Below are positions 14,066 through 25,584 of a stretch of 64,000 bases of DNA, in pieces. The stretch lies in assembly GCF_009914755.1 (NCBI RefSeq), contig NC_060932.1; one strand, written 5' to 3'. The notes beneath the pieces were generated by a model, which ran no database searches, was not told where the DNA came from, and saw only the letters and a list, made by a program, of their open reading frames with translations. A program made the position numbers and the translations under genes. Source of the DNA: the human T2T-CHM13v2.0 reference genome, Homo sapiens. Within the stretch, counting starts at the first letter, position 1, and the number at the start of each line of letters is the position of its first letter.

Positions 14066-14744
14066 GTAAGTTATCTTAATCTCAAAAAAAAAAAAAAATC
14101 AGAAGAATTTCACAACTGGAAAAAAAAATCAGAAGGCTAAAGATATGCCACTCAGTGAAGAGAATGAAGTGAGCTAGAGAATGGAAGAATATCTTCAAAT
14201 ATGATACAATAAGAGGCTCCCTGAGTAGGTGTTGATTGAGAAAAAGTCTACTGAATGAGCCGTGCTTTTGGAAGCCGCTCATCCTGGGATCTCAGAGATA
14301 TCTGCTATTATTTGGCAACATGCTGCTGTTGGAAATGATATGTAGCTTCATGTCAATAGACCTCACTGTAATTAAAATCAATCAAAGCATTCAGAGGATT
14401 TTGAGAACTTTACCGTGTTGGCATGAGATCTATGGCAACAGAGAAAAAATATTTTGGTTGATAGATAAGCCACAGTCCTAGAAATGTTACTCAACAATTG
14501 AGTTTTGGCACTGAAAACAAAGATACTTAAATCTATTGCTGAAGGGTATTTCTATAACTTGAATCTGAGTTACCAAACCATTATGGAGGGCCAAAAGACA
14601 GATAAGTTATACAGACCATTAAAGATTATGCTGGAAAATGTAAATTAAAAAAACATCTACAGAAAGTTTTGTATTATGGAGGACCTGACCTGTCCACACA
14701 GAGAACCGCAATCTAGCAAGGAGAGTCTCTAGGGCCAGTGGCTA

Positions 14745-14930
14745 GCAAAATGAAGTTTCATATATTTTAACATAATCATGGGTAGGATAATACATCCCCT
14801 TTGCCATATTGTATTGATTAGATGAAATCACAGTGCCTCCCCCACCCCACCAAGTCAAGGAGAGGGGATTGCATGAAACTGTGAACAAAAGACGGAATTC
14901 ACAAATACCACCTTAGGTTCTGTCTGCCTT
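14745..14930 (-). mobile_element. MaLR LTR fragment (MLT1E/F-like)
   Basis: CTTTGCCATATTGTATTGATTAG...CAAGGAGAGGGGATTG...CCACCTTAGGTTCTGTCTGCC. Confidence 0.55.
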
Positions 14931-15234
14931 TGAAGGGAGTAAAAAAATTTGTAATTTCATATGGGTAAATTGAGCTCAAAAATTGCTCCATTTCTAGTTC
15001 TTGGTCTCAGAAACTAGTAAAACACTTTGCCCTCCAGTTCTATAATCTGTGCTTTTTACCTGATTATAAAATCATAGTCTTGTATTTTTCAATTAAGACA
15101 GTTCAACCAAAACATTGGCTCAGATGCCATTATCAGTATGTAGCTAAACTATATCTAAGCATTGAGGTAAATAGGTATTTTTATGGCAATTATTCCACTG
15201 AGGGTGTTTCTAAAATTTATGTGAACTCCATTTA

Positions 15235-15660
15235 ATAATTGCCTATTGTTGTATAACGTATCATTAGAAATAAATGGCTTAAAATGTATGTATATTTTTT
15301 ATCACATCTCATATTCAGTAGGTTGGGCTTAGCTGGTTGGTTCTTCTGCTGGGGTCACCTGGGGCTACAGTTATCTAGCTGCTTGCCTGGGGTTGAATGG
15401 TCCAAGAAAACTTCACTCACGTGTCTGATAATGGATGCTGATTATTGTGGAGGCTGCTGTGTCCACATGGTCTCATTGTTTCACTAATGCAAATACGGAA
15501 GCTTCAAGGCCTCTCAAGGCCCTGCTGAGAAGTTGCACAAAATCACTTCTGTATTCTACTGGTCAAGGCATATTACATGGTCAGAAGAAAGTCACAGGTT
15601 GGAGAAATAGACTTCTTGATGGGAGGAACTAAAAATAACTTGAGGCCAATTTTAATTCAA
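15235..15660 (-). mobile_element. MaLR LTR (MLT1H/J-like)
   Basis: CTATTGTTGTATAAC...GGCTTAAAA...GGGCTTAGCTGGTTGGTTCTTCTGCTGG...CACTTCTGTATTCTACTGGTCAAGGC...GATGGGAGG. Confidence 0.7.
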
Positions 15661-15834
15661 ATTCTTATAGCTAGATTTGAAACCAAGTTCTAATGAGGTT
15701 CCATTCAGCCGTTTAAACAATTGTCAAAATAGAAAAAGAAGTTAAAATACATCCTTGATTGAACCAAAGAAACTAAAATGAGAATATTGACCTATTCATT
15801 AATCATTATGAAAATATTTTGTTTTGCTAGAGGC

Positions 15835-17086
15835 ACCGGCTCCGGGCTGGTACTGGGGGTTGTCTGCACAGAATCCTGTGATGTGAACTGTCTATGGGTC
15901 TCTCAGCCATGGACACCAGTGCCTGTTCAGTGGAGGTGGCAGATGGTGCAATGGACTCTGTGAGGGTCCTTAGCTTTGGTGGTTTAATGCTCTATTTTTG
16001 TGCTGGTTGGCCTCCTTCCAGGAGGTGACACTTTCCAGAAAGCATCAGCTATAGTAACGTGGAGAGGGACCAGCAGTGGGTGGGGCCCTAGAACTCCCAA
16101 GATTAAATGCCTCTTGTATTCTGCTACCAGGTGGATAGGTAAGGACCATCAGGTGGGGGCGGGGCTAGGCATGTCTGAGCTCAGACTCTCCTTGGGTGGG
16201 TCTTGCTGTGGCTGCTGTGGGGGATGGGGGTAAGATTCCCAGGTCACTGGAGGTGTGTACCTAGGAGGATTACGGCTGTCTCTGCTGAGTCATGCAGGTT
16301 GTCAGGGAAGTGGGGTTAAGCTGGCAGTCACAGGCCTCACCCTGCTCCCACACACACCGAAGGGCCTTACTTCCACCGTGCCCTCTTCTCAACAGCCCAG
16401 AGTATTTCCAGGCAGAGGGCGAGACAGGCTTGAAAACTTGCCCGAGGCTATCCTCCTCTCAGCTGCGAGAGAAAAGGGCTTTAGTTCTTCCCCCGCCTTT
16501 GTAGTCTGCACACCTGATTCGTGTCCTCCCCCGAGGCACGAATTACGGCTTCAAAATACTTTCATATGCATGTACTTTCCTTCTCACCCTGTTCAAATTG
16601 TCACAAAGTTCAGCTAGAAAATTCCTTCTCTCTGTGGAGTTTTACCCCCTGCTCCTCTGGCCACCCTCCCAATGGATCCCTGTGGTGCCAGCAGAAATGG
16701 GCTGCTCGGGGGGCCAAGCAAGCTCCCAGGGCCTTTCTGCTGCTTCCTCTACCCCTGTATTTCATTCAGCTTTCTAACTTGACTCAGCTCCAGGTAAAGT
16801 TGGAAACCTCCCACAAACAGACCTTCAGCTTCTCCAGTGGGGGTGTGTGTTTGGGAGAAGAGGGTCTACCTTTCCCACGTCCGCAGTTGGGGCACTCACA
16901 GTATTTGGGGTGTCTCCTCGGTCCTGCAGGAGCAGCTTGCTTTCTTCAGAGGGTCTGTGGGTCCTCTCAGGATTGCTGGTTTGTTCTTGCACTCAATCTA
17001 GAGCTAAAATTCACAATGCAAGCCTCCGCAAGCTGCTCTGTCTGGAGCTGCAATCTAGTCCTGCCTTCCATGTGCCATGATCCTCT
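15835..17086 (-). mobile_element. Isolated LINE-1 5'UTR (L1PBa-type), no ORF1/ORF2
   Basis: Minus strand starts GAGGATCATGGCACATGGAAGGCAGGACTAGATTGCAGCTCC and contains CCCACAGACCCTCTGAAG, CTCCTGCAGGACC and CCCCAAATACTGTGAGTGCC. Confidence 0.85.
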
Positions 17087-17378
17087 GAAACCCTATCTGT
17101 ATGTTTTTTAAAAATCACATTTTAAAAAAAGAGAAAAGGTTGGAAGTTTTTTTTCAAAGTGTTAGTGTGACTTTTTCTCATGGGATAAGCTAGCAAAAGC
17201 ACAAAGAGCATTGTAAAGCAAAAAGAAAAGCTGAATTTTTTTTTTGAATCTTCAGTATGTGCTTTGCTAACCCTCCATAGATTAAATTGACTGTGACTCA
17301 CTGTTCCTGTATCTCTTTTACTTCAGTTTCCTATGTCCCTAATTATGGCTTCAAGGGAGAGGTAGGTAATCCTGGTGG

Positions 17379-17786
17379 TGTCACGCGTGTCCATGTGAAG
17401 AGACCACCAAACAGGCTTTGTGTGAGCAACAAGGCTGTTTCTTTCACCTGGGTGCAGGCGCACTGAGTCCGAAAAGAGAGTCAGCAAAGGGTGGTAGGAT
17501 TATCGTTAGTTCTTATAGGTTTTGGGGATAGGCGGTGGAGTTAGGAGCAATGTTTTGCAGGCAGGAGGTGGTGGGGAGAATTACAAAGAACCTTCTTAAG
17601 GGTGGGGAGATTACAAAGCACATTGATCAGTTAGGGTGAGGCAGAAACAAATCACAATGGTGGAATGTCATCAGTTAAAGCTATTTTCACTTCTTTTGTG
17701 GATCTTCAGTTGCTTCAGGCTGTCTGGATGTGTACGTGCAGGTCACAGGGGATATGATGGCTTAGCTTGGGCTCAGAGGCCTGACA
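17379..17786 (-). mobile_element. HERV-H solo LTR (LTR7 family, LTR7B-like)
   Basis: Minus strand TGTCAGGCCTCTGAGCCCAAGCTAAGCCATCATATCCCCTGTGACCTGCACG...CTCTTCACATGGACACGCGTGACA; TSD GGTGG (17374-17378) / GGTAG (17787-17791). Confidence 0.95.
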
Positions 17787-17862
17787 GGTAGGCCAGAGAG
17801 ATAATTAAAAGCTGCAGTGAGATATAGAATGGTGTTAAGAAGAGATTATCAAAGAATAGAGA

Positions 17863-18160
17863 TTTTTTTTTTTTTTTTGAGATGGGGTTTTGCTCTTATT
17901 GCCCAGGCTGCAGTGCAATGGCGCGACCTTGGCTCGCTGAAACCTCTGCCTCCCCAGTTCAAGTGATTATCCTGCCTCAGCCTCCAGAATAGCCAGGATT
18001 ACGGGCATGTGCCACCATGCCCGGCTAATTTTGTATTTTTAGGAGAGACTGGGTTTCACCACGTTGGTCAGGCTTGTCTCGAACTCCTGACCTCAAGTGA
18101 TCTGACCTCCTCGTTCTCCCAAAATGCTGGGATTACAGGCATGAGCCACCGCACCTGTCC
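17863..18160 (-). mobile_element. AluS (Sq/Sp-like)
   Basis: Full dimer, T16 tail, TSD AGAATAGAGA at 17853-17862 and 18161-18170. Confidence 0.95.
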
Positions 18161-18332
18161 AGAATAGAGAAATTTTCATGATGCAATCATAAGTACTTAA
18201 AGAACATTGAAAAACAATGGTTTTTTAAAAGATTGGATATGAAAAATCAATGACTTTTCAGCTGTATATATTTTAAGCTATGTTTGTCAATATATCATAA
18301 ACTGTTATATAAGTTACTCCAGTTTCTAAAGT

Positions 18333-18553
18333 TACACTTGGCAAACTATAGCTCATGCTCCAAATCTAGCCCACCCTATGCTTTTATCTATAAATTTTTA
18401 TTGGAACACAGCCACATCCATTTATTCATGTATGTTGTATGGCTGCTGTTGCTCTACAATGGCAGAATTGAGCAGTTTTAACAGAGACCAAGTAACCTAC
18501 ACAACCTCAAAAATTTCCTATCTAGCTCTTTACAGAAAAGTTTGCTGACACCT
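18333..18553. mobile_element. MER58A-like hAT-Charlie MITE
   Basis: TTGGCAAACTATAGC...TTTTATTGGAACACAGCCAC...CTTTACAGAAAAGTTTGCTGAC; degenerate TIRs. Confidence 0.85.
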
Positions 18554-18619
18554 TTTCTTGGTCCTTAGATTTCCTCTGGCTGGGCCAGTGAGAACAAAAG
18601 TAGCAAATAAAGACAGGAG

Positions 18620-18860
18620 ACATTTGTGGTTTAGTGGGAAGAAGATTTTTTATCAGAAGATTTTTTATTGTCAAAAGTTTTGGGTTTAGATTTTAGCTGG
18701 GCGTTTGCTGGCTGTGTAACTCTGGACAAGTTATTTAACCTTGGGATCTTTAATTTCTAAAATCCCTTCAACTTTTATCTCTGACATTAGGATGAAAGAT
18801 GATAAATATTCTTGAACAATTATGTGAACTGCAAAGATGCAGTACATTTGTGAACTATTA
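18620..18860 (+). mobile_element. MIR SINE relic
   Basis: GCTGGCTGTGTAACTCTGGACAAGTTATTTAACCT core. Confidence 0.65.
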
Positions 18861-18885
18861 AATTTAGTAATCATCTAGTACTATT

Positions 18886-19000
18886 GACATATATATGTCT
18901 CTATATATGTCTATATAGATGACATATATATGTCTATATATAGACATATATAGACTATATATAGAGACATATATAGACTATATATATAGACATATATAGA

Positions 19001-19039
<39 letters not shown>
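18886..19039. repeat. Complex palindromic (TA)n microsatellite ending in pure (AT)18
   Basis: GTCT-type units on the left, AGAC-type units on the right; pure AT repeat at 19004-19039. Confidence 0.95.
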
Positions 19040-19043
<4 letters not shown>

Positions 19044-19059
19044 AATCTTTCCACAATCT

Positions 19060-19170
19060 TCATAGAATTGCAGTTCCTTGTCTTCCTAGAGTAAGGTATG
19101 GCTGCAGAGCTTGCTTTGGCCAATGGAATGGAGATCAAAGTGATTTGTGTCACTTAGCAGAAGGAGCCGT
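19060..19170 (+). mobile_element. MLT1 (J/K-like) LTR fragment
   Basis: CTTGCTTTGGCCAATGGAATG...GTGATTTGTGTCACTT. Confidence 0.55.
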
Positions 19171-19204
19171 TTGGTAGGATTTTGGAACACATTAGTTAAA
19201 AATT

Positions 19205-19398
19205 AAGGAAATCCAAATTGTGTTAATTTTAGTTGATAATAATGCATCAATATTCATTGGTTGTGACAAAGATACTTTAGTTATGTAAGATGTTTACAAT
19301 AAGGAAAACAGTGCATGGTTTATGAAAACTCTCTGGACTATCTTCACAACTTTTCAGTAAATTGAAAGCTACTCTAAAATTAAAAGTTTATTTAAAAT
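19205..19398 (+). mobile_element. Old L1M (L1MC/MD-like) 3' end
   Basis: TGTGACAAAG...GTAAGATGTTTACAATAAGGAAAAC...AACTCTCTGGACTATCTTCACAACTTTTC...TAAAAGTTTATTTAAAA. Confidence 0.75.
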
Positions 19399-19483
19399 AT
19401 TATCTTGATAATTCCTAGGGAATCATATATTTTCTGAGTAATAATTAGGGTTTTTAGGGTCATGTCAAGGCTTAGAACAAAAT

Positions 19484-19768
19484 TTTTTGTGTGTGTTTTT
19501 TGAGACAGAGTCTTGCTCTGTTGCCCAGGCTTAAGAGCAGTGGCGCGATCTCAGCTCACTGTAGCCTCTGCCTCCTGGGCTCAAGTGATTCTCCTGCCTG
19601 AGGCTTACAGGTGCATGCCAACATGCCTAGTTAATTTTTGTATTTTTAGTAGAGACAGTGTTTCATCATGTTGGCCATGACTGGTCTGGAACTCCTGACC
19701 TCAGGTGATCCACATGCCTCGGCCTCCCAAAGTGCTGGGATTACAGGCATGAGCCACAGCACCTGGCC
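19484..19768 (-). mobile_element. AluS (Sx-like) with a small internal deletion
   Basis: Alu dimer lacking about 17 nt near 19600; TSD-like ACAAAAT on both sides. Confidence 0.93.
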
Positions 19769-19804
19769 ACAAAATGTTTCTTTTGCCATTGACATATGTG
19801 TCAG

Positions 19805-19915
19805 TTTTATTCACTCATTAATGCATTAATTCAAACAAATATTGTTGAGTAGCTGTCTTATAAGACACCACATACCAGACACTGTGCCAAACACAGGAGA
19901 CAGGTTAATGAACAG
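19805..19915 (-). mobile_element. L2 3' end relic
   Basis: ATTCACTCATT...TTCAAACAAATATTGTTGAG...CCAGACACTGTGCCAAAC. Confidence 0.6.
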
Positions 19916-20726
19916 TTTATAGGGTTTAATTAAATTTAATCTTTTATCTTTATTTGACAAAAAAAAAAATGACCCTTGGGCTATTCTAAATTATATTTGC
20001 TTTTATTCTACTACTATTAATATAAAATATTTATGGATAAAATCATCAGGTTTTAATGGGTGTTCATATTTAATTCAGGCATCTCTGTAACGGGCATTCT
20101 CTTATATTTTCTTCCTGCCTAAAATAATCGATATAAACCTCAACTGGCTGTCTTGGCTCAAAGACAGAATGCAGAGATCCTTGTTAAGAGATGAAGATAT
20201 AATGCAGAAGGGGGGAGCGCAAAACAGTGCAGGAGGATGCAAACCAATGCAACTCCCTGGTGATAGTGTGTAACTGACCACAGCCTTATTGATGAATATG
20301 TTGAAGACAGACTCAACCTTCTTACATTGAGTGACTTTTAAACAGAGATCCCAGAATAGTAAAGACCAGAGAAGTGAACTTTGAACAATTGCAGACTAAA
20401 GGATTGAGAATTGTCTGCAATCCTTGATGTGTGCTCTAATACCTGAAAACAGGTCTGTCTATGCAAAAACAGTTGAGATAGAGAAGAATGCAGCAGAATG
20501 TGAAAAGTAGAAGAAATTGACAGGGTTTTAATTCTTAGTGCTGAGAAATTTAACATTGTTACTACTATATGCTTTTTATACTTTGTTTTGTGAATACATA
20601 CCCCCTCACCCAGAAAGACACACACACACACATACTTAGGATAATCCTAGAGCAAACTTTGTAAAATTCTCAATAATATGACATTCAGTCAGTCTAAAGT
20701 AAAAAGTTTCTTCATGAAATATTCTG

Positions 20727-20762
20727 CACACACACACACACGCACGCACACACATGCACACA
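20727..20762. repeat. Imperfect (CA)n microsatellite (a shorter one lies at 20618-20632)
   Basis: Direct reading. Confidence 0.85.
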
Positions 20763-20829
20763 GACATGAAGTCCCAGTGGAATGAATCTGACAGTTTCTT
20801 TAAACCTGTCTTTTAGGTACGCCAGATAA

Positions 20830-20990
20830 TGAAAGTGCTGTGTGGTTTTATATGCTTTCTCAGAACAGCACGATGAGTTTAGAAGTACTATTCCCATTTA
20901 CAGACAAAGAATCTACTTCATATATGTTAAACAAACTCTCCAATATAATGCAACTCATTAGCATTGAATTTAAATTCAAACCCATTTTGC
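20830..20990 (-). mobile_element. MIR SINE relic
   Basis: TACTATTCCCATTTACAGACAAAGAATCT. Confidence 0.55.
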
Positions 20991-21321
20991 CAATACATAC
21001 AACCAAGATTCTGATCATCAGAGTAGGCAAAATTAATTTTGATCCCTGTGTCTCCTTTGGAATGCACCATTAGTCAGAATTGTTCCTGTATGGTATACTG
21101 AACGTAAAATACATATATTCTAACCAGTAAAGCTAATCATGATGGGCTGGTTGGAAACAGTAGAGAGTATAATTCTTTGCTGTGGTTGCTCTTGAAATAT
21201 TAATGTGTTTAACCTGGAATGCATGGGATGAGGCTGAATGGAACCGCTGGACCAAGACAGTACTTCCTTGTGAAACAGCAACTACAATAGAGTTACTAGA
21301 ATGGTGTATGGGACATACAGT

Positions 21322-21323
21322 TG

Positions 21324-21358
<35 letters not shown>

Positions 21359-21603
21359 TCTACCTCCCTCCCGCTCTATCATCTCTCCCCTCTCCTCCCC
21401 TCCCCTCTTTTCTCCTTCCTTCTCCTACCATCTCCTCTTCTCTCCTCCTCACCTCCTCTCTCCTCCTTTCTCCTTTCTCCCCTCACCCATCTCTTCCCTT
21501 CCCCTCCCCTCCTCTCCTCTCCCCTCTCCTCACCTCCTCTCTCCTCCTTTCTCCCCTCACCCATCTCTTCCCTTCCCCTCCCCTCCTCTCCTTTCCTTTC
21601 CTT
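21322..21603. repeat. (TGCC)9 followed by a ~240-bp C/T-rich tract with an internal duplication
   Basis: Unit CTCCTCACCTCCTCTCTCCTCCTTTCTC...CCCTCACCCATCTCTTCCCTTCCCCTCCCCTCCTCTC at ~21446 and ~21526. Confidence 0.92.
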
Positions 21604-21669
21604 TGTTTGCTTTCATCTTCCCAATCTACTACTTCTGTTATCCTATCTCATCTCCAGCTTACTAATTTT

Positions 21670-22700
21670 TCTGAAATTTTATATTTGAAAGGTATCAAAC
21701 ATTAATATATGGAGCACATTTTGAATGGGTTAAATAATTATAACAAAATAAACAACTGAGTAGCCAATACTAACCCAACAGTTTTGTATCCAATTTTTAC
21801 CCATCTTTTTTTCCTCTGAATTTTCTGAATTTTGCTTTCTTTCCTTGCTTTCTTCTATCATTTTACCATCTACTTGTGTATCTCTATTTAATAGATAGGT
21901 TTTGATTGGTTTTTACTCTTGTTTGAATAGGTTAATAATGCTTCTTTTACCCAACATTATATTTTTAGACTCATCCCTATAAATATGGATCAATTCTTGT
22001 TTCCCATGGTTACTATTTTGTCTTATGAATACATCACAGTTAACTCATTCAGCTGGGCTGATCATTTAGGGTTTTACCCGGTATTTTACTAATATTAATA
22101 CTATCACTGAAAATATTCTGCTGCTTGTCTCCTGATTTAGAGCACATGTTTTAGGTTTATCTAGAATATGCACTAAAGGGAGAAATTGTTGTATATTAAG
22201 ACATGAAAATATTCAAATTTATTAGGTAATTTTATTTTCTCCCCCAAAGTGATTGCACCAATCTATTATTCTGGTGGTGGGTAATAGTTTTCATTGCTCT
22301 ACATACTCATCGTCGTCCTAATTTTATACCTATATAATTTTACTAATCTTGTCTAAGTAAAATATTAACTTAGTGGTTTTAATTTTTATTTATCTGATAA
22401 GATGATTAACATTCCATATGCTTATGATAATTTTGTTTCTACATCTGAGAAATGTCTATTTATGTCTTTTCTCTATTTTATTTTCATCTCTTTCTAATAA
22501 ATAGGAATTCTTTATTTATTCTGAACATAAGATGTCTGTCAATTATATTTGTTGCAAATATCTTCTTCCTTCATGGCTTGCATTTTTCACTCTTTGTGGT
22601 ATCTTTTGATGATCAAGAGCCTTTGTTTTTAATTTTAATGTGGTTACATTTATCAGGCTTTTCCCTTATGTTTCATGTTTTTTTATGTCCATTATAATTT
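21670..22700 (-). mobile_element. Ancient L1ME-like fragment
   Basis: T-rich antisense L1 motifs: CCAAAGTGATTGCACCAAT, TTGCTCTACATACTC, GGAATTCTTTATTTATTCTGAAC, TTGTTGCAAATATCTTC. Confidence 0.7.
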
Positions 22701-23962
22701 CTTTAAATATTACTTTTGGGGGGTTTCTGGTTTGTGGAATTGTGTTTCTCTGTCACATGAGTAATACTTACCCCACTAAAGCCTACTTAAACTTAGTCTT
22801 TAAGTTTTTCTTTCAATTTAATCGTTCTCAAATGTTGTTCTGACCTTCTCTTTTCCATCTTCCCATCAGAACTCTCTTTGTGAGCTAGTACTGTAACTAA
22901 TTGAAAATTATCCTACACACCTCCAATGTTGAAATTAATAATTAACGGCATATTGGCTTATATTTCAGCTCCATCCACCAGTTTTACCTCACATATGATA
23001 CACTTCCTGAAAGGTCAGGGTCTTCAGAACTCTTTTTGCTTGTCAACCTTGTGACCTGAAATCACAGCAATTAGGCTCTGTGAGTTCCTCATCTCATCTG
23101 TGAAGAAATATTTTGAAAAAAGTAGAAAGAATAAAAGAAAGATTTTCTTGTTAACCCCACACAGAGATACAGTCATTACTGTAGTCAGATCCACATCAAG
23201 ATGCCATCCTGTGCTCTGATTTTTAGACATATTTGAATGGATTGTTTACCTTAAAAATGGTGCAACTAAATAACTTCAGGTTTCCATCCAGCCATGCAAT
23301 GTGACCCAGGCTTGCTCCTAACCACAAAAATCTCCCACAAAACAATAGATGCACAGGGATAATTTGCAATCTTTATAAAAGATACAACTAAGCCTCTAAA
23401 TATTTTTCTCCTTTTTATGAAGTGCAAAGCAGTATTCTAGAGAAATCATTGAATTACTATTGAGAAGATGTATACTCTAACCTTAACATTCATATTAGAA
23501 TTTCTCCCTGTGCCTTAGTTTTCTCATCTACCAAATGAGGGTATTGAGTAACATATATATAAATACTTTGCAATATACATATTTACTGATTTAACACTGT
23601 TTCTGGAAATAAAGACCCTATAGTTTCAATTGGCCAATCAACATACATCCTTCTTATTTGTTAAGCAGATTTATTCTGGGGGAGGGTCAGTAAAGCCCCT
23701 CAAACTCCTGATATTTTGGGATAGGGAATGAAGGTAGTTCACCAGGTTTACATATAACTGAGCCCAGTTTCTTACTCCAGATATTTCTCATTGACTTTAT
23801 TTACTACCAAAACAATTAATTATGTGAAGCTTTATTTTCTAATCATATTTTCATGGCATCAGTCAGTGGGCTCAGATAAAAACTTAATTATTTTCAGTAT
23901 CTGTTTTCTTTGACTATAAATTGATATACAAAATTTCAGGTTCAGTGTCAATGAAGGAAGGA

Positions 23963-24272
23963 TAGTAGTTCCCCCTTACTCATGTTTCAAGACTCCCAGT
24001 GAGTGCCTAAATCTGAGGATAATACTGAACCCTATATATATTATGTTTTTCCCTATACAAGCATACCTATGATAAAGTTTCATTTATAAATTGAACACAA
24101 TAAGAGATTAACAACAATAACAAAATCGAACAATTATAACAATATGCTGTAATGAAAGTTATGTGACAGTCATCTCTCTCTCTAGCTCTCAAAACACTAT
24201 AATATTTTTGGACAGCAGTCAACCACAGATAACTGAAACTGGAAAATGAAACCACGAAAAAGAGAAGACTAT
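23963..24272. mobile_element. MER44A-like TcMar-Tigger MITE
   Basis: TAGTAGTTCCCCCTTA...CTGAACCCTATATATA...CCTATGATAAAGTTT...AAGAGATTAACAACAATAAC...AACTGAAAC...GACTATA. Confidence 0.8.
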
Positions 24273-25187
24273 ATGATCTGCCTCCTAAAGGCAGAATAAT
24301 GAGGTGTACCTAGAAATTCTAATTAACTTTGTCAATTTAAATATATACCCTTAAGTATATAGTATGTAGTAAGGTATTCAATCAAATACTGTGGCCATTA
24401 CTCCAAATAAACTGTGAGTCTTCTCACAAAATTGTCTTAGACTCCAAACAATGTTACTTTTAACAGGCTCATAATGTAAACATCATTTTTAATGGTATGT
24501 ATCATACTTTGAAATAGATTCAAAGTATCTCAGCATAAAGATAGGCCGATGACCTGGCTAATATCATTTTAGGTCAAAAATAAGGTGAGATTGCAAACTA
24601 AGGATTAAGGACTGTATGGATGATAACTGACTTTGAAGACAGTTTACAAAAGAAGAGGTCAGCTATATTACATGATACTCTTGCCCAAATCTTTCTTTTT
24701 AAGTCTTCACCATCTTGATAAATGGCACACTGTTAATTGTTAACAAGTCACAAGCTATACTTATTTTATTTATGTATGTGTTTGGTTACTGGTATATTTT
24801 CAGTCTAGTTCCCTATGTCTTCTACGAGGAGTGGGATCTTGTTTGTTATGTTTACTGTTGTCATAAAATAGATATCAGAACATCTTCACTAAATAGGAAA
24901 GTCAATAAGGTTTTGGTTTCGTGGGCACCCAATATCTCTTTTCTTATCTTATTTCTGGTACTGGGGAGGGGGTTGGAGCAGTCTTCACACAGCTTTCCTA
25001 TGCAGTTATTGGACGATTTCCCCCAAATTTCTTCCTACTCATTGCTAAGGCTATGTCTGATCATCTCCATCCAGATAGAATGGACTATCCACGAAGTTTC
25101 AGGAGGCTTACAACTCATGTCAACGTTGAAATGTGAAGAATCAATTGCCACCAAGAGTTTCGGCCTTTAGACATAGGCCAATGATTC

Positions 25188-25551
25188 CAGATATCTATTG
25201 CAATGTAACAAGCCATCACAGAATGTAGTGGCGTAAAGCAACAATGTAGTTTAATCTCTCCTGGTTCTGGAGGGGTTGGGGGCTCAGATGGATATTTCTC
25301 ATTTGGTGTTTCCCATATTTCCCATGGAGATGTAGTGAGGTTGCAGCTGGGGCTTGAGTCATTTAGTGGCTTCTTAAACACAACTGGTGCTGGGCTAGGA
25401 TGGCTAGAACAGCTGGGATCTGGTGAGATCTCTCTCTCTCTCTCCCTCTCCCTCTCTCTACCCCTCTCTCCCTCTCCCCTTCTCCGTCTCTCTCCCTCCC
25501 TCCCTCTATCCCTCTCTCCTTCTCCCCTTCTCCGTCTCTCTCCCTCCCTCC

Positions 25552-25584
<33 letters not shown>

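Noticed and set aside
16000-17111. GC-rich ORFs up to 196 aa, or a CpG-island promoter
   Set aside because: They lie on the antisense strand of an L1 5'UTR, resemble no protein I recognise, and CpGs are depleted.
20200-20222. CTCF-like motif GCAGAAGGGGGGAGCGC
   Set aside because: Mismatches at core positions; not supportable without a PWM scan or ChIP data.
21182-21705. ORFs of 168, 134 and 114 aa rich in Leu/Ser/Pro
   Set aside because: Artefacts of the stop-free C/T tract.
24715-25170. 151-aa hydrophobic ORF
   Set aside because: Non-ATG start, T-rich composition, no recognisable domain or exon structure.
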